This document shows, piece after piece, positions 37,000 to 48,780 of a stretch of DNA of 64,000 bases (positions are counted from its first letter, which is position 1; the number at the start of each line of letters is the position of its first letter). The stretch is from Eledone cirrhosa (lineage: Eukaryota): assembly GCA_964016885.1 (NCBI GenBank), contig OZ024741.1, positions 248,496,001-248,560,000 on the forward strand, given 5' to 3'. Position numbers and translations under genes: made by a program. The notes beneath the pieces were generated by a model. That model was given only the letters and a program-made list of their open reading frames with translations, was not told the DNA's origin and searched no databases.

Positions 37000-39900
37000 A
37001 GGTAATTTCTAGCCGTCCAAGGGGAGATAATTTCCAGCCGTCCAAGGGGAGATAATTTTTTTAAAAAAATCAGGCGGAGATAATTTGTAAACAAAAATCA
37101 GGGGGAGATAATTTGTAAAAAAAAATCAGGGGGAGATAATTTGTAAAAAAAAATCAGGGGGAGATAATTTGTAAAAAAAATCAAGGGGAGATAATTTCCA
37201 GCCGTCCAAGGGGAGGTAATATCTAGCCATCCAAGGGGAGATAATTTCCAGCCGTCCAAGGGGAGATAATTTCCAGCCGTCCAAGGGGAGATAATATCCA
37301 GCCGTCCAAGGAGACATATTTTCCAGCCGTCCAAGGAGAGGTAATTTCTAGCCGTCCAAGGGGAGATAAGTTCCAGCCTCCAAGGGGAGATAATTTCCAG
37401 CCAGCCAAGGGGAGATAATTTGTAAAAAAATCAGGGGGAGATAATTTGTAAAAAAAAAATCAGTGGGAGATAATTTGTAAAAAAATCAGGGGGAGATAAT
37501 TTGTAAAAAAAAAATCAGGGGGAGATAATTTGTAAAAAAAATCAGGGGGAGATAATTTGTAGAAAAAATCAGGGGTAGATAATTTGTAAAAAAAATCAGG
37601 GGGAGATAATTTGTAAAAAAAATCAGGGGGAGATAATTTGTAAAAAAAATCAGGGGTAGATAATTTTCAGCCGTCCAAGGGGAGATAATTTCCATCCTTC
37701 CAAGGGGAGATAATTTCCAGCCGTCCAAGGGGAGATAATTTCCCGCCAGCCAAGGAGAGATAACATTTAAAAAAATCAGGCGGAGATAATTTGTAAAAAA
37801 ATCAGGGGGAGATAATTTGTAAAAAAATCAGGGGGAGATAATTTGTAAAAAAAATCAGGGGTAGATAATTTCCAGCCGTCCAAGGGCAGATAATTTCCAT
37901 CCTTCCAAGGGGAGATAATTTCCAGCCGTCCAAGGGGAGATAATTTCCCGCCAGCCAAGGAGAGATAATATTTAAAAAAATCAGGCGGAGATAATTTGTA
38001 AAAAAAATCAGGGGGAGATAATTTGTAAAAAAATCAGGGGGAGATAATTTGTAAAAAAAAATCAGGGGGAGATAATTTGTAAAAAAAATCAGGGGGAGAT
38101 AATTTGTAAAAAAAATCAGGGGTAGATAATTTGTAAAAAAAAATCAGGGGGAGATAATTTGTAAAAAAAAAATCAGGGGGAGATAATTTGTAAAAAAATC
38201 AAGGGGAGATAATTTCCAGCCGTCCAAGGGGAGATAATTTTCAGCCGTCCAAGGAGAGGTAATTTCTAGCCGTCCAAGGGGAGATAATTTCCAGCCGTCC
38301 AAGGGGAGATAATTTTTTAAAAAAAATCAGGCGGAGATAATTTGTAAACAAAAATCAGGGGGAGATAATTTGTAAAAAAAAATCAGGGGGAGATAATTTG
38401 TAAAAAAAAATCAGGGGGAGATAATTTGTAAAAAAAATCAAGGGGAGATAATTTCCAGCCGTCCAAGGGGAGGTAATATCTAGCCATCCAAGGGGAGATA
38501 ATTTCCAGCCGTCCAAGGGGAGATAATTTCCAGCCGTCCAAGGGGAGATAATATCCAGCCGTCCAAGGAGACATATTTTCCAGCCGTCCAAGGAGAGGTA
38601 ATTTCTAGCCGTCCAAGGGGAGATAAGTTCCAGCCTCCAAGGGGAGATAATTTCCAGCCAGCCAAGGGGAGATAATTCGTAAAAAAATCAGGGGGAGATA
38701 ATTTGTAAAAAAAAAATCAGGGGGAGATAATTTGTAAAAAAATCAGGGGGAGATAATTTGTAAAAAAAAAATCAGGGGGAGATAATTTGTAAAAAAAATC
38801 AGGGGGAGATAATTTGTAAAAAAAATCAGGGGTAGATAATTTGTAAAAAAAATCAGGGGGAGATAATTTGTAAAAAAAATCAGGGGGAGATAATTTGTAA
38901 AAAAAATCAGGGGTAGATAATTTTCAGCCGTCCAAGGGGAGATAATTTCCATCCTTCCAAGGGGAGATAATATCCAGCCGTCCAAGGAGACATATTTTCC
39001 AGCCGTCCAAGGAGACGTAATTTCTAGCCGTCCAAGGGGAGATAAGTTCCAGCCTCCAAGGGGAGATAATTTCCAGCCAGCCAAGGGAAGATAATTTGTA
39101 AAAAAATTAGGGGGAGATAATTTGTAAAAAAAATTAGGGGGAGATAATTTGTAAAAAAAAATCAGGGGTAGATAATTTCCAGCCGTCCAAGGGGAGATAA
39201 TTTCCATCCTTCCAAGGGGAGATAATTTCCAGCCGTCCAAGGGGAGATAATTTCCCGCCAGCCAAGGAGAGATAATATTTAAAAAAATCAGGCGGAGATA
39301 ATTTGTAAAAAAAATCAGAGGGAGATAATTTGTAAAAAAATCAGGGGGAGATAATTTGTAAAAAAAAATCAGGGGGAGATAATTTGTAAAAAAAATCAGG
39401 GGGAGATAATTTGTAAAAAAAAATCAGGGGTAGATAATTTGTAAAAAAAAATCAGGGGGAGATAATTTGTAAAAAAAAATCAGGGGGAGATAATTTGTAA
39501 AAAAATCAAGGGGAGATAATTTCCAGCCGTCCAAGGGGAGATAATTTTCAGCCGTCCAAGGAGAGGTAATTTCTAGCCGTCCAAGGGGAGATAATTTCCA
39601 GCCGTCCAAGGGGAGATAATTTTTTTAAAAAAATCAGGCGGAGATAATTTGTAAACAAAAATCAGGGGGAGATAATTTGTAAAAAAAAATCAGGGGGAGA
39701 TAATTTGTAAAAAAAAATCAGGGGGAGATAATTTGTAAAAAAAATCAAGGGGAGATAATTTCCAGCCGTCCAAGGGGAGGTAATATCTAGCCATCCAAGG
39801 GGAGATAATTTCCAGCCGTCCAAGGGGAGATAATTTCCAGCCGTCCAAGGGGAGATAATATCCAGCCGTCCAAGGAGACATATTTTCCAGCCGTCCAAGG

Positions 39901-42900
39901 AGACGTAATTTCTAGCCGTCCAAGGGGAGATAAGTTCCAGCCTCCAAGGGGAGATAATTTCCAGCCAGCCAAGGGGAGATAATTTGTAAAAAAATTAGGG
40001 GGAGATAATTTGTAAAAAAAAATTAGGGGGAGATAATTTGTAAAAAAAAATCAGGGGGAGATAATTTGTAAAAAAAAATCAGGGGGAGATAATTTGTAAA
40101 AAAAATCAAGGGGAGATAATTTCCAGCCAGCCAAGGGGAGATAATTTGTAAAAAAATTAGGGGGAGATAATTTGTAAAAAAAAATTAGGGGGAGATAATT
40201 TGTAAAAAAAAATCAGGGGGAGTTAATTTGTAAAAAAAAATCAGGGGGAGATAATTTGTAAAAAAAAAATCAGGCGGAGATAATTTGTAAAAAAATCAAG
40301 GGGAGATAATTTCCAGCCGTCCAAGGGGAGATAATTTTCAGCCGTCCAAGGAGAGGTAATTTCTAGCCGTCCAAGGGGAGATAATTTCCAGCCGTCCAAG
40401 GGGAGATAATTTTTTTAAAAAAATCAGGCGGAGATAATTTGTAAACAAAAATCAGGGGGAGATAATTTGTAAAAAAAAATCAGGGGGAGATAATTTGTAA
40501 AAAAAATCAGGGGGAGATAATTTGTAAAAAAAAATCAAGGGGAGATAATTTGTAAAAAAAAAATCAGGGGTAGATAATTTGTAAAAAAAAATCAGGGGTA
40601 GATAATTTGTAAAAAAAAAATCAGGGGGAGATAATTTGTAAAAAAATCAAGGGGAGATAATTTCCAGCCGTCCAAGGGGAGATAATTTTCAGCCGTCCAA
40701 GGAGAGGTAATTTCTAGCCGTCCAAGGGGAGATAATTTCCAGCCAGCCAAGGGGAGATAATTTGTAAAAAAATCAGGGGTAGATAATTTGTAAAAAAAAA
40801 TCAGGGGGAGATAATTTGTAAAAAAAATCAGGGGGAGATAATTTGTAAAAAAAATCAGGGGTACATAATTTCCAGCCGTCCAAGGGGAGATAATTTCCAT
40901 CCTTCCAAGGGGAGATAATTTCCAGCCGTCCAAGGGGAGATAATTTCCCGCCAGCCAAGGAGAGATAACATTTAAAAAAATCAGGCGGAGATAATTTGTA
41001 AAAAAAATCAGGGGGAGATAATTTGTAAAAAAATCAGGGGGAGATAATTTCCAGCCGTCCAAGGGGAGATAATTTCCATCCTTCCAAGGGGAGATAATTT
41101 CCAGCCGTCCAAGGGGAGATAATTTCCCGCCAGCCAAGGAGAGATAATATTTAAAAAAATCAGGCGGAGATAATTTGTAAAAAAAATCAGGGGGAGATAA
41201 TTTGTAAAAAAATCAGGAGGAGATAATTTGTAAAAAAAAATCAGGGGAGATAATTTGTAAAAAAAATCAGGGGGAGATAATTTGTAAAAAAAAATCAGGG
41301 GTAGATAATTTGTAAAAAAAATCAGGGGGAGATAATTTGTAAAAAAAAAATCAGGGGGAGATAATTTGTAAAAAAATCAAGGGGAGATAATTTCCAGCCG
41401 TCCAAGGGGAGATAATTTTCAGCCGTCCAAGGAGGTAATTTCTAGCCGTCCAAGGGGAGATAATTTCCAGCCGTCCAAGGGGAGATAATTTTTTTAAAAA
41501 AATCAGGCGGAGATAATTTGTAAACAAAAATCAGGGGGAGATAATTTGTAAAAAAAAATCAGGGGGAGATAATTTGTAAAAAAAAATCAGGGGGAGATAA
41601 TTTGTAAAAAAAATCAAGGGGAGATAATTTCCAGCCGTCCAAGGTGAGGTAATATCTAGCCATCCAAGGGGAGATAATTTCCAGCCGTCCAAGGGGAGAT
41701 AATTTCCAGCCGTCCAAGGGGAGATAATATCCAGCCGTCCAAGGAGACATATTTTCCAGCCGTCCAAGGAGAGGTAATTTCTAGCCGTCCAAGGGGAGAT
41801 AAGTTCCAGCCTCCAAGGGGAGATAATTTCCAGCCAGCCAAGGGGAGATAATTTGTAAAAAAATCAGGGGGAGATAATTTGTAAAAAAAAAATCAGGGGG
41901 AGATAATTTGTAAAAAAATCAGGGGGAGATAATTTGTAAAAAAAAAATCAGGGGGAGATAATTTGTAAAAAAAATCAGGGGGAGATAATTTGTAGAAAAA
42001 ATCAGGGGTAGATAATTTGTAAAAAAAATCAGGGGGAGATAATTTGTAAAAAAAATCAGGGGGAGATAATTTGTAAAAAAAATCAGGGGTAGATAATTTT
42101 CAGCCGTCCAAGGGGAGATAATTTCCATCCTTCCAAGGGGAGATAATTTCCAGCCGTCCAAGGGGAGATAATTTCCCGCCAGCCAAGGAGAGATAACATT
42201 TAAAAAAATCAGGCGGAGATAATTTCTAAAAAAAATCAGGGGGAGATAATTTGTAAAAAAATCAGGGGGAGATAATTTGTAAAAAAAATCAGGGGTAGAT
42301 AATTTCCAGCCGTCCAAGGGGAGATAATTTCCATCCTTCCAAGGGGAGATAATTTCCAGCCGTCCAAGGGGAGATAATTTCCGGCCAGCCAAGGAGAGAT
42401 AATATTTAAAAAAATCAGGCGGAGATAATTTGTAAAAAAAATCAGGGGGAGATAATTTGTAAAAAAATCAGGGGGAGATAATTTGTAAAAAAAAATCAGG
42501 GGGAGATAATTTGTAAAAAAAATCAGGGGGAGATAATTTGTAAAAAAAATCAGGGGTAGATAATTTGTAAAAAAAAATCAGGGGGAGATAATTTGTAAAA
42601 AAAAAATCAGGGGGAGATAATTTGTAAAAAAATCAAGGGGAGATAATTTCCAGCCGTCCAAGGGGAGATAATTTTCAGCCGTCCAAGGAGAGGTAATTTC
42701 TAGCCGTCCAAGGGGAGATAATTTCCAGCCGTCCAAGGGGAGATAATTTTTTTAAAAAAATCAGGCGGAGATAATTTGTAAACAAAAATCAGGGGGAGAT
42801 AATTTGTAAAAAAAAATCAGGGGGAGATAATTTGTAAAAAAAAATCAGGGGGAGATAATTTGTAAAAAAAATCAAGGGGAGATAATTTCCAGCCGTCCAA

Positions 42901-45900
42901 GGGGAGGTAATATCTAGCCATCCAAGGGGAGATAATTTCCAGCCGTCCAAGGGGAGATAATTTCCAGCCGTCCAAGGGGAGATAATATCCAGCCGTCCAA
43001 GGAGACATATTTTCCAGCCGTCCAAGGAGAGGTAATTTCTAGCCGTCCAAGGGGAGATAAGTTCCAGCCTCCAAGGGGAGATAATTTCCAGCCAGCCAAG
43101 GGGAGATAATTTGTAAAAAAATCAGGGGGAGATAATTTGTAAAAAAAAAATCAGTGGGAGATAATTTGTAAAAAAATCAGGGGGAGATAATTTGTAAAAA
43201 AAAAATCAGGGGGAGATAATTTGTAAAAAAAATCAGGGGGAGATAATTTGTAGAAAAAATCAGGGGTAGATAATTTGTAAAAAAAATCAGGGGGAGATAA
43301 TTTGTAAAAAAAATCAGGGGGAGATAATTTGTAAAAAAAATCAGGGGTAGATAATTTTCAGCCGTCCAAGGGGAGATAATTTCCATCCTTCCAAGGGGAG
43401 ATAATTTCCAGCCGTCCAAGGGGAGATAATTTCCCGCCAGCCAAGGAGAGATAACATTTAAAAAAATCAGGCGGAGATAATTTGTAAAAAAATCAGGGGG
43501 AGATAATTTGTAAAAAAATCAGGGGGAGATAATTTGTAAAAAAAATCAGGGGTAGATAATTTCCAGCCGTCCAAGGGCAGATAATTTCCATCCTTCCAAG
43601 GGGAGATAATTTCCAGCCGTCCAAGGGGAGATAATTTCCCGCCAGCCAAGGAGAGATAATATTTAAAAAAATCAGGCGGAGATAATTTGTAAAAAAAATC
43701 AGGGGGAGATAATTTGTAAAAAAATCAGGGGGAGATAATTTGTAAAAAAAAATCAGGGGGAGATAATTTGTAAAAAAAATCAGGGGGAGATAATTTGTAA
43801 AAAAAATCAGGGGTAGATAATTTGTAAAAAAAAATCAGGGGGAGATAATTTGTAAAAAAAAAATCAGGGGGAGATAATTTGTAAAAAAATCAAGGGGAGA
43901 TAATTTCCAGCCGTCCAAGGGGAGATAATTTTCAGCCGTCCAAGGAGAGGTAATTTCTAGCCGTCCAAGGGGAGATAATTTCCAGCCGTCCAAGGGGAGA
44001 TAATTTTTTAAAAAAAATCAGGCGGAGATAATTTGTAAACAAAAATCAGGGGGAGATAATTTGTAAAAAAAAATCAGGGGGAGATAATTTGTAAAAAAAA
44101 ATCAGGGGGAGATAATTTGTAAAAAAAATCAAGGGGAGATAATTTCCAGCCGTCCAAGGGGAGGTAATATCTAGCCATCCAAGGGGAGATAATTTCCAGC
44201 CGTCCAAGGGGAGATAATTTCCAGCCGTCCAAGGGGAGATAATATCCAGCCGTCCAAGGAGACATATTTTCCAGCCGTCCAAGGAGAGGTAATTTCTAGC
44301 CGTCCAAGGGGAGATAAGTTCCAGCCTCCAAGGGGAGATAATTTCCAGCCAGCCAAGGGGAGATAATTTGTAAAAAAATCAGGGGGAGATAATTTGTAAA
44401 AAAAAAATCAGGGGGAGATAATTTGTAAAAAAATCAGGGGGAGATAATTTGTAAAAAAAAAATCAGGGGGAGATAATTTGTAAAAAAAATCAGGGGGAGA
44501 TAATTTGTAAAAAAAATCAGGGGTAGATAATTTGTAAAAAAAATCAGGGGGAGATAATTTGTAAAAAAAATCAGGGGGAGATAATTTGTAAAAAAAATCA
44601 GGGGTAGATAATTTTCAGCCGTCCAAGGGGAGATAATTTCCATCCTTCCAAGGGGAGATAATATCCAGCCGTCCAAGGAGACATATTTTCCAGCCGTCCA
44701 AGGAGACGTAATTTCTAGCCGTCCAAGGGGAGATAAGTTCCAGCCTCCAAGGGGAGATAATTTCCAGCCAGCCAAGGGAAGATAATTTGTAAAAAAATTA
44801 GGGGGAGATAATTTGTAAAAAAAATTAGGGGGAGATAATTTGTAAAAAAAAATCAGGGGTAGATAATTTCCAGCCGTCCAAGGGGAGATAATTTCCATCC
44901 TTCCAAGGGGAGATAATTTCCAGCCGTCCAAGGGGAGATAATTTCCCGCCAGCCAAGGAGAGATAATATTTAAAAAAATCAGGCGGAGATAATTTGTAAA
45001 AAAAATCAGAGAGAGATAATTTGTAAAAAAATCAGGGGGAGATAATTTGTAAAAAAAAATCAGGGGGAGATAATTTGTAAAAAAAATCAGGGGGAGATAA
45101 TTTGTAAAAAAAAATCAGGGGTAGATAATTTGTAAAAAAAAATCAGGGGGAGATAATTTGTAAAAAAAAATCAGGGGGAGATAATTTGTAAAAAAATCAA
45201 GGGGAGATAATTTCCAGCCGTCCAAGGGGAGATAATTTTCAGCCGTCCAAGGAGAGGTAATTTCTAGCCGTCCAAGGGGAGATAATTTCCAGCCGTCCAA
45301 GGGGAGATAATTTTTTTAAAAAAATCAGGCGGAGATAATTTGTAAACAAAAATCAGGGGGAGATAATTTGTAAAAAAAAATCAGGGGGAGATAATTTGTA
45401 AAAAAAAATCAGGGGGAGATAATTTGTAAAAAAAATCAAGGGGAGATAATTTCCAGCCGTCCAAGGGGAGGTAATATCTAGCCATCCAAGGGGAGATAAT
45501 TTCCAGCCGTCCAAGGGGAGATAATTTCCAGCCGTCCAAGGGGAGATAATATCCAGCCGTCCAAGGAGACATATTTTCCAGCCGTCCAAGGAGACGTAAT
45601 TTCTAGCCGTCCAAGGGGAGATAAGTTCCAGCCTCCAAGGGGAGATAATTTCCAGCCAGCCAAGGGGAGATAATTTGTAAAAAAATTAGGGGGAGATAAT
45701 TTGTAAAAAAAAATTAGGGGGAGATAATTTGTAAAAAAAAATCAGGGGGAGATAATTTGTAAAAAAAAATCAGGGGGAGATAATTTGTAAAAAAAATCAA
45801 GGGGAGATAATTTCCAGCCAGCCAAGGGGAGATAATTTGTAAAAAAATTAGGGGGAGATAATTTGTAAAAAAAAATTAGGGGGAGATAATTTGTAAAAAA

Positions 45901-48780
45901 AAATCAGGGGAGTTAATTTGTAAAAAAAAATCAGGGGGAGATAATTTGTAAAAAAAAAATCAGGCGGAGATAATTTGTAAAAAAATCAAGGGGAGATAAT
46001 TTCCAGCCGTCCAAGGGGAGATAATTTTCAGCCGTCCAAGGAGAGGTAATTTCTAGCCGTCCAAGGGGAGATAATTTCCAGCCGTCCAAGGGGAGATAAT
46101 TTTTTTAAAAAAATCAGGCGGAGATAATTTGTAAACAAAAATCAGGGGGAGATAATTTGTAAAAAAAAATCAGGGGGAGATAATTTGTAAAAAAAATCAG
46201 GGGGAGATAATTTGTAAAAAAAAATCAAGGGGAGATAATTTGTAAAAAAAAATCAGGGGTAGATAATTTGTAAAAAAAAATCAGGGGTAGATAATTTGTA
46301 AAAAAAAAATCAGGGGGAGATAATTTGTAAAAAAATCAAGGGGAGATAATTTCCAGCCGTCCAAGGGGAGATAATTTTCAGCCGTCCAAGGAGAGGTAAT
46401 TTCTAGCCGTCCAAGGGGAGATAATTTCCAGCCAGCCAAGGGGAGATAATTTGTAAAAAAATCAGGGGTAGATAATTTGTAAAAAAAAATCAGGGGGAGA
46501 TAATTTGTAAAAAAAATCAGGGGGAGATAATTTGTAAAAAAAATCAGGGGTAGATAATTTCCAGCCGTCCAAGGGGAGATAATTTCCATCCTTCCAAGGG
46601 GAGATAATTTCCAGCCGTCCAAGGGGAGATAATTTCCCGCCAGCCAAGGAGAGATAACATTTAAAAAAATCAGGCGGAGATAATTTGTAAAAAAAATCAG
46701 GGGGAGATAATTTGTAAAAAAATCAGGGGGAGATAATTTGTAAAAAAAATCAGGGGGAGATAATTTCCAGCCGTCCAAGGGGAGATAATTTCCATCCTTC
46801 CAAGGGGAGATAATTTCCAGCCGTCCAAGGGGAGATAATTTCCCGCCAGCCAAGGAGAGATAATATTTAAAAAAATCAGGCGGAGATAATTTGTAAAAAA
46901 AATCAGGGGGAGATAATTTGTAAAAAAATCAGGAGGAGATAATTTGTAAAAAAAAATCAGGGGAGATAATTTGTAAAAAAAATCAGGGGGAGATAATTTG
47001 TAAAAAAAAATCAGGGGTAGATAATTTGTAAAAAAAATCAGGGGGAGATAATTTGTAAAAAAAAAATCAGGGGGAGATAATTTGTAAAAAAATCAAGGGG
47101 AGATAATTTCCAGCCGTCCAAGGGGAGATAATTTTCAGCCGTCCAAGGAGGTAATTTCTAGCCGTCCAAGGGGAGATAATTTCCAGCCGTCCAAGGGGAG
47201 ATAATTTTTTTAAAAAAATCAGGCGGAGATAATTTGTAAACAAAAATCAGGGGGAGATAATTTGTAAAAAAAAATCAGGGGGAGATAATTTGTAAAAAAA
47301 AATCAGGGGGAGATAATTTGTAAAAAAAATCAAGGGGAGATAATTTCCAGCCGTCCAAGGTGAGGTAATATCTAGCCATCCAAGGGGAGATAATTTCCAG
47401 CCGTCCAAGGGGAGATAATTTCCAGCCGTCCAAGGGGAGATAATATCCAGCCGTCCAAGGAGACATATTTTCCAGCCGTCCAAGGAGAGGTAATTTCTAG
47501 CCGTCCAAGGGGAGATAAGTTCCAGCCTCCAAGGGGAGATAATTTCCAGCCAGCCAAGGGGAGATAATTTGTAAAAAAATCAGGGGGAGATAATTTGTAA
47601 AAAAAAAATCAGGGGGAGATAATTTGTAAAAAAATCAGGGGGAGATAATTTGTAAAAAAAAAATCAGGGGGAGATAATTTGTAAAAAAAATCAGGGGGAG
47701 ATAATTTGTAGAAAAAATCAGGGGTAGATAATTTGTAAAAAAAATCAGGGGGAGATAATTTGTAAAAAAAATCAGGGGGAGATAATTTGTAAAAAAAATC
47801 AGGGGTAGATAATTTTCAGCCGTCCAAGGGGAGATAATTTCCATCCTTCCAAGGGGAGATAATTTCCAGCCGTCCAAGGGGAGATAATTTCCCGCCAGCC
47901 AAGGAGAGATAACATTTAAAAAAATCAGGCGGAGATAATTTCTAAAAAAAATCAGGGGGAGATAATTTGTAAAAAAATCAGGGGGAGATAATTTGTAAAA
48001 AAAATCAGGGGTAGATAATTTCCAGCCGTCCAAGGGGAGATAATTTCCATCCTTCCAAGGGGAGATAATTTCCAGCCGTCCAAGGGGAGATAATTTCCGG
48101 CCAGCCAAGGAGAGATAATATTTAAAAAAATCAGGCGGAGATAATTTGTAAAAAAAATCAGGGGGAGATAATTTGTAAAAAAATCAGGGGGAGATAATTT
48201 GTAAAAAAAAATCAGGGGGAGATAATTTGTAAAAAAAATCAGGGGGAGATAATTTGTAAAAAAAATCAGGGGTAGATAATTTGTAAAAAAAAATCAGGGG
48301 GAGATAATTTGTAAAAAAAAAATCAGGGGGAGATAATTTGTAAAAAAATCAAGGGGAGATAATTTCCAGCCGTCCAAGGGGAGATAATTTTCAGCCGTCC
48401 AAGGAGAGGTAATTTCTAGCCGTCCAAGGGGAGATAATTTCCAGCCGTCCAAGGGGAGATAATTTTTTTAAAAAAATCAGGCGGAGATAATTTGTAAACA
48501 AAAATCAGGGGGAGATAATTTGTAAAAAAAAATCAGGGGGAGATAATTTGTAAAAAAAAATCAGGGGGAGATAATTTGTAAAAAAAATCAAGGGGAGATA
48601 ATTTCCAGCCGTCCAAGGGGAGGTAATATCTAGCCATCCAAGGGGAGATAATTTCCAGCCGTCCAAGGGGAGATAATTTCCAGCCGTCCAAGGGGAGATA
48701 ATATCCAGCCGTCCAAGGAGACATATTTTCCAGCCGTCCAAGGAGAGGTAATTTCTAGCCGTCCAAGGGGAGATAAGTTC
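37000..48780 (+). repeat. Higher-order tandem duplication, period ~5.7 kb (5,691-5,716 bp)
   Basis: ORF offsets 37098->42789, 38743->44434, 41919->47635. Shared GGGCAGAT (37884/43575), GGTGAGGT (41643/47359) and AGTTAATT variants. Boundaries approximate. Confidence 0.9.
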
